A stretch of DNA of 32,000 nt from Phycisphaera mikurensis NBRC 102666. GTDB lineage: Bacteria; Planctomycetota; Phycisphaerae; Phycisphaerales; Phycisphaeraceae. The stretch lies in contig NC_017080.1 in NCBI RefSeq assembly GCF_000284115.1, positions 2,370,001-2,402,000 on the forward strand. The letters run 5' to 3'. Below are positions 9,401 to 18,530 of the stretch, piece after piece. A model generated the notes under the pieces. The model saw nothing but the letters and a program-made list of their open reading frames with translations. It did no database searches and had not been told where the DNA came from. Position 1 is the first letter of the stretch. Each line of letters starts with the position of its first letter. The translations under genes were made by a program, and so were the position numbers.

Positions 9401-9497
9401 CGTGCAGGCGGTGCGGGTGAGGGGAGCCGCCACCGGGGTGGCGAGGACCACAGCAACGCAAGATTCGAGCGAGGCTGCCGGTCGCGCCCCCGCGTGA
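6432..9497 (+). CDS. FAD-binding oxidase fused to Fe-S/CCG domains (YdiJ-like, GlcD+GlcF-type; putative 2-hydroxyacid dehydrogenase)
   Basis: The N-terminal FAD PCMH domain contains PITPRGGATSLSGQ. There are 4Fe-4S motifs (CNGVGACRK...CP and CLSCKACKTECPN) and C-terminal CCG motifs (GCCQRP, SGCCGMAGSFG). At 1021 aa it is similar in size to E. coli YdiJ. Confidence 0.85.
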   Translation: MSIAPSPARVPAASPVLTDTDEADAFVGELSRRCRGEVLTGRTLRGIYATDASLYQQFPRAVLVPRDEADVAAAVRVCAAHRVPITPRGGATSLSGQTFGPGLVLDFSKHMDQVISVDAEAGTAVVQPGVVRDRLNAQVAEHGLHLSPDPATGSRATVGGMIGNNTCGTRSVVYGKTIDSVISLRCVLADGTVADFTPCDDQTWQARARGEGVSETEARLYRGVRDLVLKHQDAIRTGYPEVLRRVSGYNLDEFVDGAGYTGDIGPRREHNQGHRTWNLANLMVGSEGTLGLITEATVHLEKLPEATALVIVHFDSLDASLRHVDAMLEHKPSTVELLDDIVIREAKVNPSTKAMCNFVEGEPAAVQLVEFFGDTPEEAADRAENFARDMAVRGIGYAHPIRTDPKGMADVWNTRKLGLGLISNNYGPLKGKDFIEDACVPTRHLADYIQKIQKLCQENGIDRLALYAHASVGVVHVVPALDLHHDDQVETMERVAEQAFAWVMEYGGSWSGEHGDGQLRGQFLPKMFGPELYGAFREVKSLFDPHNLMNPGKVVDADPMSEGLRYQVPGYNKRIAEVRTLHHHRSQGGFQLAVEQCNGVGACRKLGSGTMCPSYMATRNEKDTTRGRANALRLAMSGQLGPDPMAALAGDGVKGVLDLCLSCKACKTECPNAVDMGKMKADVMQIRHDRYGASLGYKLLGRMPDAAARIAGPLAPLIQLPLKIPGVRFVMEKLTGIDRRRPLPAFSSTTLARELGGRRPRSEVEAPRGPVVLFDDTYASYMEPGVGVAAVELLEAAGFRVTLADAGCCQRPRLSKGLVREAKQLGTQTLRNLDGFAREGLKIVCLEPSCASALVDDLPDLCDDGEEAEMGRRVAEQVRMIDVFLDEEGVELESSVGDTLLHGHCHQKAMFGTASTKRALGAGCTEVDSGCCGMAGSFGYEHMNVSEKIGEDRLFPAVRGAAAAGKTIVAPGLSCRHQILDFLGVEAKHFVQAVRVRGAATGVARTTATQDSSEAAGRAPA

Positions 9498-9550
9498 CCC
9501 GCACCCGCCCGGCGCTCTCGCTGTTTCCTGCCCGCTAGCTTGGCACCGCC

Positions 9551-10348
9551 ATGCCCTCCCAGAGCCCCCCTGGCTCCAGCCTCGACGGGGGCCTCGCCGC
9601 CTTCGCCCGCAGCGTCGCGCTCTGGCCCCCGCCCGCGGACGGTCCGGAGAATCCGTCCTTTCCGCTCACGGTCCGCGACGCCTGGGCCGATCTGCACCGC
9701 ATGCACCGCGAGCCGGCGCCGCAGCCGCGGCCGCTGGTGCTGGTCGGCGGCTGGCTCGACCCGCTCGTGGGGATGCGGTGGGTGCAGCGGCGGCTGGGGA
9801 AGTGCTTCGCGCGGCCGCGGATCCTGCTCGTCCACCACGCGATCTTCGCGACGCACCGGGCGTACCGCGACCGGCTGGTCGCCGCGGTGGACGCGGCGTT
9901 CCCCGGTGAGGAGGTCGACGTGGTCGGCCACTCCATGGGCGGGCTCCTGGCTCGCTACGCGGCGAGGCCGGTCGAGGGGGCGAAGCGGATCCGGATCCAC
10001 AGCCTCTACACCCTCGGCACCTGCCACCGCGGCGCCGCGATGGCCCCGCTGGTCCCCCTCGAGCCACTCGCCCGGGCCATGCTGCCGGGCAGCCCGCACC
10101 TGCGGATGCTCGACGACGCCCTGCCCGCCGCGGAGTACCGGCTCGTCTGCTACGCCCGGCTGCAGGACGAGCTGGTCGGCACCGACCGCTGCGCCCCCGC
10201 CGCTCACCCGCTGCACTGGGTCCCGAACCGGCGCTTCCAGCGGGCCCACCGGCGCTGCCGCGACGACGCCCGGCTGATCGCCGACGTCGCGCGGCGGATC
10301 CGCGGCGAGGAGCCCTTCGCGAAGGAGCCGGCAGCGCCTCTGCCCTGA
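9551..10348 (+). CDS. Alpha/beta hydrolase (lipase/esterase-like)
   Basis: The nucleophile elbow GHSMGG (VDVVGHSMGGLLARY) is preceded by LVLVGGW, an oxyanion-region-like strand. Substrate is unknown. Confidence 0.7.
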   Translation: MPSQSPPGSSLDGGLAAFARSVALWPPPADGPENPSFPLTVRDAWADLHRMHREPAPQPRPLVLVGGWLDPLVGMRWVQRRLGKCFARPRILLVHHAIFATHRAYRDRLVAAVDAAFPGEEVDVVGHSMGGLLARYAARPVEGAKRIRIHSLYTLGTCHRGAAMAPLVPLEPLARAMLPGSPHLRMLDDALPAAEYRLVCYARLQDELVGTDRCAPAAHPLHWVPNRRFQRAHRRCRDDARLIADVARRIRGEEPFAKEPAAPLP

Positions 10349-10427
10349 GCGAGCGTCCGGAACGGATCGCTCTCTTCCTCGCGGCTCCTCCGCCCGTTTG
10401 CTGCGGTCGGCTCCCGTACCTTGCGGC

Positions 10428-11177
10428 GTGCCCACCGCCCTCTCCGTCAACATCAACAAGATCGCCCTGCTGCGGAACGCGCGGCCGGGCAACGTGCCCG
10501 ACCCGGTCGGCTTCGGCCGGCTGGCCCTGGAGGCCGGCGCCCAAGGCCTCACCGTGCACCCGCGGCCAGACGAGCGTCACATCCGCCGCGGCGACGTCGA
10601 GAGGACCGCCGCCCTCCTCGCCGAGCCGGCCTGGGCCGCGGCCGAACTCAACGTCGAGGGCAACCCGCTGCTTCCGCACTTCCTGCCGATCGTCCGCGGC
10701 GTGCGGCCCGACCAGGTGACGCTCGTGCCCGACGGTCCGGACCAGAACACCAGCGACCACGGCTTCGACGGCCGCGACGCGGAGCAGGCGCCGCGGCTCC
10801 GCGACCTGACGGCGGAGCTGAAGGCCCTCGGCTGCCGCGTTTCCCTCTTCGTCGACGCGGACGAGGCGGCGATGGAGCCGGCCGCCCGCCTCGGCGTAGA
10901 CCGGGTCGAGCTCTACACCGGCCCCTGGGCGGAAGCCTTCGGCACCGGGTCGGAAGCCGCGTCGCTGGGCCGTTTCCAGCGCGCCGCCGCGGCCGCGGCC
11001 GACGCCGGCCTCGGCGTCAACGCGGGGCACGACCTCAGCCTCGCCAACCTCGGCCGGTTCCTCTCGATCGGGGGCATCGAGGAGGTCAGCATCGGCCACG
11101 CCCTCTGCGCCGAGGCGCTGGAGCACGGCGTGGCCGAGACGGTGCGGCGCTACCTCCGCCTCTGCTCGGGGCGCTGA
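10428..11177 (+). CDS. pdxJ: Pyridoxine 5'-phosphate synthase
   Basis: Motifs LSVNINKIALLRNAR, LTVHPRPDERHI, NVEGNP, VTLVPD, ELYTGPWA, VNAGHDL and VSIGHAL match PdxJ along its whole length. The GTG at 10428 is preferred; the track's TTG start at 10398 adds 10 aa. Confidence 0.9.
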   Translation: MPTALSVNINKIALLRNARPGNVPDPVGFGRLALEAGAQGLTVHPRPDERHIRRGDVERTAALLAEPAWAAAELNVEGNPLLPHFLPIVRGVRPDQVTLVPDGPDQNTSDHGFDGRDAEQAPRLRDLTAELKALGCRVSLFVDADEAAMEPAARLGVDRVELYTGPWAEAFGTGSEAASLGRFQRAAAAAADAGLGVNAGHDLSLANLGRFLSIGGIEEVSIGHALCAEALEHGVAETVRRYLRLCSGR

Positions 11178-11192
11178 AGGCCGCCCGATCGA

Positions 11193-12320
11193 TCATCGCC
11201 CGGCTCCGGCCGACCCGCCGATCCGTGCCGCCGACTCCTCCAGCAGCTCCAGCACGCGGCGGATGGACTCCGCCGCCGGCAGCCCCGCGCCCACCGCCAC
11301 GGCCGCCCGCAGCCCCAGCGTCGCCGGGTCCTCCACCTCCACCCGCCCGCACAGCGCCACCACGGGCACGCCCGCGGCGGCCGATCGCCGCGTCACCGCC
11401 GCGACCGCCTTCCCGCTGCCGGTCTGTCCGTCGAGCATCCCCTCGCCGGTGACGACCAGGTCGAAGCCGCCGAGCCGCCGATCGAAGCCCACCGCGTCCA
11501 GCAGCAGGTCCGCGCCGGGCACCAGCTCCGCGCCCAGCAGCGCCACCGCCCCGCCGCCGAAGCCGCCCGCGGCGCCGGCACCCGCCCGCGTCGCCACGCT
11601 CACGCCCAAGCCCTCGCGGAACACGCGCTCCAGGTGACACAGCCCCGCGTCCAAGGCCGGCAGGTCCGCCTCCGCCGCCCCCTTCTGCCGGGCGTACACG
11701 CGAGCCGCGCCCGCCGGACCGGTCATCGGGTTGGCGACGTCGCACGCCACCCGCAGCCGCACGCCCGCCAGCCGCGGGTGGAGCCCCCCGAGCGCGATGC
11801 CGCTCACCGAGGCGAGGTCCGCCCCCGTCGGCTGCGCGACCCGCGAGCCGTCTCCCCGCAGCACCGCCGCCCCCAGCGCCGCCGCCGCCCCCAGCGCCCC
11901 GTCGTGCGTGGCGGAGCCGCCGATGCCCAGGACGATCTCCTCCGCTCCCGCGTCCAGCGCCGCCGAGAGCAGCTGCCCGGTCCCGTAGGTCGACGTCTTC
12001 CACGGGTCTCGCTCCGCCTCGTCGAGCCGCTCCAGGCCCGAGGCCTCCGCGAGGTCCAGCACCGCGTGTCGGACGCCTCCGACGCTGCCGATCCAGAAAC
12101 GCCCGCGGACCGGCCGCCCCAGCGGGTCGAGGGCCTCGCGGTCCGCGGCCTCCAGGCCCGCGGCGGCGGCGTACGCCGCCGCGAAACCCTCGCCCCCGTC
12201 CGCGATCGGCCGCTCCACCGCCTCGTGGCCCGCCCGCCGCAGCCCCGCCGCGATCGCACCGGCCGCCTCGGCCGCGGTGCAGGCGTCCTTGAAGCCGTCG
12301 GGGCACACGAGCACGCGCAT
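11193..12320 (-). CDS. Glycerate kinase family protein
   Basis: MRVLVCPDGFKD, PIADGGEGF, GIGGSATHDGALG and VVTGEGMLDGQTGSGKAV are hallmark glycerate kinase (GlxK/GarK) motifs. Confidence 0.88.
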   Translation of the reverse strand: MRVLVCPDGFKDACTAAEAAGAIAAGLRRAGHEAVERPIADGGEGFAAAYAAAAGLEAADREALDPLGRPVRGRFWIGSVGGVRHAVLDLAEASGLERLDEAERDPWKTSTYGTGQLLSAALDAGAEEIVLGIGGSATHDGALGAAAALGAAVLRGDGSRVAQPTGADLASVSGIALGGLHPRLAGVRLRVACDVANPMTGPAGAARVYARQKGAAEADLPALDAGLCHLERVFREGLGVSVATRAGAGAAGGFGGGAVALLGAELVPGADLLLDAVGFDRRLGGFDLVVTGEGMLDGQTGSGKAVAAVTRRSAAAGVPVVALCGRVEVEDPATLGLRAAVAVGAGLPAAESIRRVLELLEESAARIGGSAGAGR

Positions 12321-12337
12321 CCCGTCAAGCTACCCCG

Positions 12338-12862
12338 GTGAGCGAGCACGACGAACCCATGATGCGCCACGCGCTGCGGCTCGCGGCCGAAGCGGCCGCC
12401 CTCGGCGAGGTGCCCGTGGGGGCCGTCGTGCACCGCGACGGGGAGATCCTCGGGCGCGGCGCCAACCGCCGCGAAGCGCGGGCCGATCCCACCGCCCACG
12501 CCGAGGTCCTCGCCCTCCGCGCCGCCGCCGCCCGCCTGGGCACGTGGCACCTGGAGGGCTGCGACCTGGTCGCCACGCTCGAACCCTGCCCGATGTGCGC
12601 CGGCGCGGCCATCAACGCCCGCGTCGCCCGCGTCGTCTACGCCGCCGCCGACCCCAACGCCGGCTGCTGCGGCAGCCTCATGGACCTCTGCGCCCACACC
12701 CGCTTCAACCACCATCCGCGGGTGACCGGCGGCGTGCTCGCCGAGGAGGGGGCCGCCCTGCTGCTCGCCTTCTTCCGCTCCCGCCGGAAGAAGCCGCCCG
12801 CCGCCGCCGCACCCCCCGCCGGCCCCGACGGGCGAGCCCCCAACCGCCAAGCGCCGGGCTGA
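12338..12862 (+). CDS. tadA: tRNA adenosine(34) deaminase
   Basis: CDA zinc motifs HAE (PTAHAEVLAL) and PCxxC (LEPCPMCAGA) are present. The N-terminus (MRHALRLA) is TadA-like, and there is a Pro/Ala-rich C-terminal tail. Confidence 0.88.
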   Translation: MSEHDEPMMRHALRLAAEAAALGEVPVGAVVHRDGEILGRGANRREARADPTAHAEVLALRAAAARLGTWHLEGCDLVATLEPCPMCAGAAINARVARVVYAAADPNAGCCGSLMDLCAHTRFNHHPRVTGGVLAEEGAALLLAFFRSRRKKPPAAAAPPAGPDGRAPNRQAPG

Positions 12863-12931
12863 GAAACGCGGGCGGGCACGCTCCGGCGCCCCGGGGGCGG
12901 CGGCCCCCGACGCGGGTACACTCTTGCCCCC

Positions 12932-13004
12932 GGGCCTGTAGCTCAGTTGGGAGAGCGCTGCCTTTGCAAGGCAGATGTCGTCGGTTCGAGCCCGTCCAGG
13001 TCCA
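12932..13004 (+). tRNA. tRNA-Ala (anticodon TGC)
   Basis: GGGCCTGTAGCTCAGTTGGGAGAGCGCTGCCTTTGCAAGGCAG...GGTTCGAGCCCGTCCAGGTCCA. It has the G3:U70 alanine identity pair, anticodon loop TTTGCAA and T loop TTCGAGC. No CCA is encoded. Confidence 0.93.
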
Positions 13005-13010
13005 TCTCAG

Positions 13011-13051
13011 GGTGCGAGGAGGCTCGCACCGGCTCGCCCGCGGGGCGAGCC
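13011..13051 (+). terminator. Two abutting GC-rich hairpins immediately after tRNA-Ala (terminator/processing-site candidate)
   Basis: GGTGCGAG-GAGG-CTCGCACC (13011-13030) and GGCTCGCC-CGCGG-GGCGAGCC (13031-13051) each have perfect 8-bp stems. No U-tract follows. Confidence 0.35.
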
Positions 13052-13221
13052 TCCCGCGGCGGCGGACCGGATGAGGATCCGCTGAGGGTCGCCGCGGGCG
13101 AGGCTCGCTCCGCCGGGCTTGGGGAACACGACGGAGCCACGCGAATGCCTGCCGCCCGGACAGCCCGACGCACCCGCCCGCGTGGCCGTATCCCGCTCAC
13201 GCCCCACGCCGGTGCGCCGTC

Positions 13222-14208
13222 GTGACGCTCACCTACCGCACCGTCTTCGTGAGCGACGTGCACCTGGGCTGCCGCGCCGCCCGTGCGAAGGCCCTGAACC
13301 GCTTCCTCAAGCACCTGCGTTGCGAGCGGCTGTACCTCGTCGGCGACGTGATCGACATGTGGCGGCTGAAGTCGAAGTGGCACTGGCCCGAGAGCCACAA
13401 CCGGGTGCTCCGCCGCCTGCTCGACCACAGCAAGCACGGCACCGAGGTCATCTTTCTGCCCGGGAACCACGACGAGGCCGCCCGGCAGTTCATCGGCGCC
13501 GAGTTCGGCGGCATCCACGTCCGCGCCCTCGACGTCCACGAGACGCTCGACGGCCGGAAGCTGCTCGTCACCCACGGCGATCAGTTCGACATCGTGGTCC
13601 GCAGCGGCCGGCTCCTGCCGATGCTCGGGGCCCAGGGGTACAACCTGCTCCTCGCCGCCAACCGGCCCTTCAACGCGATCCGGCAGAAGCTCGGCCTGCC
13701 CTACGCCTCGCTCTCCAAGCGGGTCAAGTACAGCGTCAAGCGTGCCTGCACGCACATCTCCAACTTCGAGGAGCTGCTGATGCTCGACGCCCACAACCGG
13801 GGGCTCGACGGCGTCGTCTGCGGCCACATCCACCACCCCGCCTTCCGTCCCCGGAGCCTCTTCCCGCAGCAGTTGGTCGACTACTACAACTGCGGCGACT
13901 GGATGGAGGGATCTTCCGCCCTGGTCGAGCACCTCGACGGACGCCTCGAACTCATCGACGCGGAGGCGGTGGTGGAACAGCACCGGGCGCAGGCGGAGGA
14001 GGAGGCCGACGAAGCGGCGACGGACGAAGCTCAGCCGTCGCTCGTGGAGCTCATCGCGTACGGCCGCATCTTCGCTGAAGCGGGAGGATCGCCGCCCGTC
14101 GCGGACCGCACGGACCCCGCGGATCCCGTGGTGGGGGTCATCCGCCCCGCGACCGAGCCCGGCGGCGACCGCCCCGCCACCCCCGACGACGCGCCAAATC
14201 GAGCGTGA
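13222..14208 (+). CDS. Metallophosphoesterase of the LpxH (UDP-2,3-diacylglucosamine diphosphatase) family with an acidic/Pro-rich C-terminal tail
   Basis: Calcineurin-like motifs run in order: VSDVHLG, LVGDVIDMW, LPGNHDE, THGDQFD, VCGHIHHP. The roughly 80-90 C-terminal residues are low-complexity. Confidence 0.75.
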   Translation: MTLTYRTVFVSDVHLGCRAARAKALNRFLKHLRCERLYLVGDVIDMWRLKSKWHWPESHNRVLRRLLDHSKHGTEVIFLPGNHDEAARQFIGAEFGGIHVRALDVHETLDGRKLLVTHGDQFDIVVRSGRLLPMLGAQGYNLLLAANRPFNAIRQKLGLPYASLSKRVKYSVKRACTHISNFEELLMLDAHNRGLDGVVCGHIHHPAFRPRSLFPQQLVDYYNCGDWMEGSSALVEHLDGRLELIDAEAVVEQHRAQAEEEADEAATDEAQPSLVELIAYGRIFAEAGGSPPVADRTDPADPVVGVIRPATEPGGDRPATPDDAPNRA

Positions 14209-14606
14209 AGCCACGCCCGCTTCGCGGGATTGTGACCGCCCCGAACGCGGCTCCTCGGTGCTTTTGCGTGGGTTAGAGCACCCCTGTCTGTTGCCCGACC
14301 CATGAGGCGTCGGCACAAGCCCGCTCGCCTCGGCACGATTGCATTATTCCAGGTGTCTGACACAAGTGTCGTTTCCACCGTCCGCAGCAGATCTCGACGC
14401 CGGAGGTTCAGCCGAGCCTCGCCGGCGCCTCCGCCGCGACGGCGGCCCGCCCGGCGAATCTAACTTTCCAGCTGTCAAAGCGTCTTCAGCAGCTCCTGGG
14501 GGCTTCAAAGCCGCTCCCGACGCCGATAGACTGCGCTCACCCCCGTCCGCGTCCTGCCGCGGGGGGATCCCTCGACCGACGCCTCCTCTTCAACCCCACG
14601 CGCTCC

Positions 14607-16343
<1,737 letters not shown>

Positions 16344-16477
16344 ACCCACCTCCCGACGCCGCCACGCGGCGTTGCGACAACCGGGGTTCCTGCGAGATCG
16401 CGGGCCCCGCCTCCCCACCCGCCCTTTCGTTTCACGCGCTTCCCTCCCTGTGACCAGCCCACCCGGCTGGAGGTCCC

Positions 16478-17779
16478 ATGCCCACCTACGCATTCCAAGC
16501 CCTCAACGACGCCGGCAAGCCCCAGAAGGGCACGATCAACGCCGCGGATGCCGACGAGGCCGCCGCGCGCATCAAGAGCCAGGGTTTCTTCCCCACCGAG
16601 ATCCGCGAGCAGAAGTCCAAGAAGGGCAAGAAGGGCGGCGGCGGGGGCGGTGAGCCCGGCGCGAAGAAGAAGAAAGGCGGGCTCGGCTCGATCTCCATCG
16701 GCGGCGTCAAGCAGAAGCAGCTGACGGTCTTCACCCGCCAGATGTCGACGCTGCAGGACGCCGGCCTCCCCATCCTGCGGAGCCTCTCGATCCTCGAGCA
16801 GCAGCAGAAGCCCGGCCCGCTGAAGTCGGCGCTCGAGGAGATCCACGAGGACGTCTCCGCCGGCTCCGCGCTCTCCGACGCGATGTCGCGCCACCCCAAG
16901 GCGTTCAACAAGCTCTACGTGAAGATGATCGCCGCCGGCGAGGTCGGCGGCGTGCTCGACCTCATCCTCCAGCGGCTCTCCGAGTTCATGGAGAAGGCCG
17001 CGAAGCTCAAGGCCCGCATCATCTCCGCGATGATCTACCCGGCGGCGGTCATCTCCGTCGCCGGCGTGATCGTGCTGGGCATCATGCTGTTGATCGTCCC
17101 GAAGTTCATCGAGATCTTCAACGACTTCGGCACCGAGCTGCCCGCCCTGACCACCTTCCTGATCGAGTCGGCGAAGTGGCTTGCGGGGCCGCTGCTGCCC
17201 GAGGACCAGCGGGGCACGATGCCGATCCCCGGCGTCATCCTGCTGCTCTTCGTGCCGTTCCTGATCTTCTTCGCCTTCAAGTTCATCCGCAAGACCACGA
17301 TCGGCAAGAACGTAACCGACCGCGTCCTGCTGATGATCCCCGTCGCCGGGCAGCTGATCCGCAAGTCCACGATCGCCAAATTCACGCGGACGCTGGGCAC
17401 CCTGGTGAACGCCGGCGTTCCCATCCTCGACGCGATCACGATCACCTCCGAGACCACCGGCAACGCGATGTACTCCAACGCGTTGATGGCCGTCCACGGC
17501 AGCGTGCGGCAGGGCGACTCGTTCGCCGAGCCGCTCCGGAAGGCCAAGGTGTGCGACCCGATCGTCGTGAACATGATCGACGTCGGCGAAGAAACCGGTG
17601 ACCTCGACAAGATGTTGCTGAAGATCGCCGACAACTACGACGAAGAGGTCGATGTCGCCGTCGCCGGCCTGGTTTCGCTGCTCGAGCCGATCATGGTGGT
17701 CGTGCTCGGCGGCATCGTCGGCTTCATCGTGGTCGCGCTGTTCCTGCCTCTCGTGAAGCTGATGAGCTCGCTCATGTGA
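16478..17779 (+). CDS. gspF: Type II secretion system F family platform protein (GspF/PilC)
   Basis: Two T2SSF repeats are present (FTRQMSTLQDAGLPILRSL and FTRTLGTLVNAGVPILDAI) with three TM segments. A GGAGG Shine-Dalgarno sits 5 nt upstream of the ATG. Confidence 0.92.
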   Translation: MPTYAFQALNDAGKPQKGTINAADADEAAARIKSQGFFPTEIREQKSKKGKKGGGGGGEPGAKKKKGGLGSISIGGVKQKQLTVFTRQMSTLQDAGLPILRSLSILEQQQKPGPLKSALEEIHEDVSAGSALSDAMSRHPKAFNKLYVKMIAAGEVGGVLDLILQRLSEFMEKAAKLKARIISAMIYPAAVISVAGVIVLGIMLLIVPKFIEIFNDFGTELPALTTFLIESAKWLAGPLLPEDQRGTMPIPGVILLLFVPFLIFFAFKFIRKTTIGKNVTDRVLLMIPVAGQLIRKSTIAKFTRTLGTLVNAGVPILDAITITSETTGNAMYSNALMAVHGSVRQGDSFAEPLRKAKVCDPIVVNMIDVGEETGDLDKMLLKIADNYDEEVDVAVAGLVSLLEPIMVVVLGGIVGFIVVALFLPLVKLMSSLM

Positions 17780-17876
17780 TGCGGGCGTGGGCGGAAAATG
17801 ACCGCATTTCGTTGTCGAATCGTTGATTCAGCCTGTCGATTCATCTAAACTAAGACTCTTGCGAAGGAGACGAATC

Positions 17877-18530
17877 ATGCCGCGGATCATCCTCCCTTTA
17901 TCCGAACTTCGGCGACGGTCCGCGGGCTTTACGCTCATCGAGTTGCTCGTCACCATCAGCATCATCGCGATCCTCGCGGGCATTTCGATTCCTGTCATCA
18001 CCTCGATGCTCAAAGCCGCCGATTCCGGCCGCATGAAGTCTTCGCTTGCCGGCCTCCGCGCCGCTGCGGAGGAGTACCAGGTGATGACCGACAGCAACGT
18101 CGACCACACACTGGCCCGCTTCCCGAGCTTCCCTTCGCTTCAGGTCGAGGCGAAAGACGTACCCGGCAACAACACGATCCAGCTTTTCGTTTACGAGGCC
18201 GGCAAGGTTCCTTCGGTGGCGTCGCTGCTGGTGAGCAGCGCCCGCAAGGACCTCAAGATCTTCGACGGCACCGACTTCGTCGTGCTCGCCGATCCCACGC
18301 TCATCACCGATCCCGCCGCGGTGCAGCTGCTCGACGCGTTCGGCAACCCGGTCCGGTACGCGGCCTTCGTCGACAAGGGCGACGCGTTCACCGACGACGA
18401 CTACCTGCCGGCGCATCCCGGCCCCTTCTTCGCCTCCGCGGGGCCCGACGGCCTCTGGGGCACCGTGAACCGCAGCGGCGAACCCGACGCGGACGCGGAA
18501 GACAACCTCTACAGCTTCGACGACCTATGA
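17877..18530 (+). CDS. gspG: GspG-like major pseudopilin (prepilin-type N-terminal cleavage/methylation domain)
   Basis: The leader ends ...RRRSAG|FTLIELLVTISIIAILAGI, with Glu at +5. The GspG-type C-terminal motifs DAFGNPVRY and SAGPDGLWGT...DADAEDNLYSF are present. AAGGAGA lies 6 nt upstream of the ATG at 17877; the track start at 17823 was rejected. Confidence 0.85.
   Translation: MPRIILPLSELRRRSAGFTLIELLVTISIIAILAGISIPVITSMLKAADSGRMKSSLAGLRAAAEEYQVMTDSNVDHTLARFPSFPSLQVEAKDVPGNNTIQLFVYEAGKVPSVASLLVSSARKDLKIFDGTDFVVLADPTLITDPAAVQLLDAFGNPVRYAAFVDKGDAFTDDDYLPAHPGPFFASAGPDGLWGTVNRSGEPDADAEDNLYSFDDL

Noticed and set aside
6348-9461. Upstream 1038 codons of the 1668-aa minus-strand ORF (4455..9461)
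   Set aside because: This portion is antisense to the well-supported YdiJ-like FAD/Fe-S gene. Its translation is Arg/Gly/Ala/Val/His-rich with no motifs. A credible signal-peptide start for SppA exists at 6347. Such a long shadow ORF is expected in very GC-rich DNA.
12321-12337. 17-bp divergent intergenic region between glycerate kinase and tadA as an unusual shared promoter
   Set aside because: It is too short to evaluate. One or both start codons may be mis-set, and promoters may simply lie within the neighbouring coding sequences.
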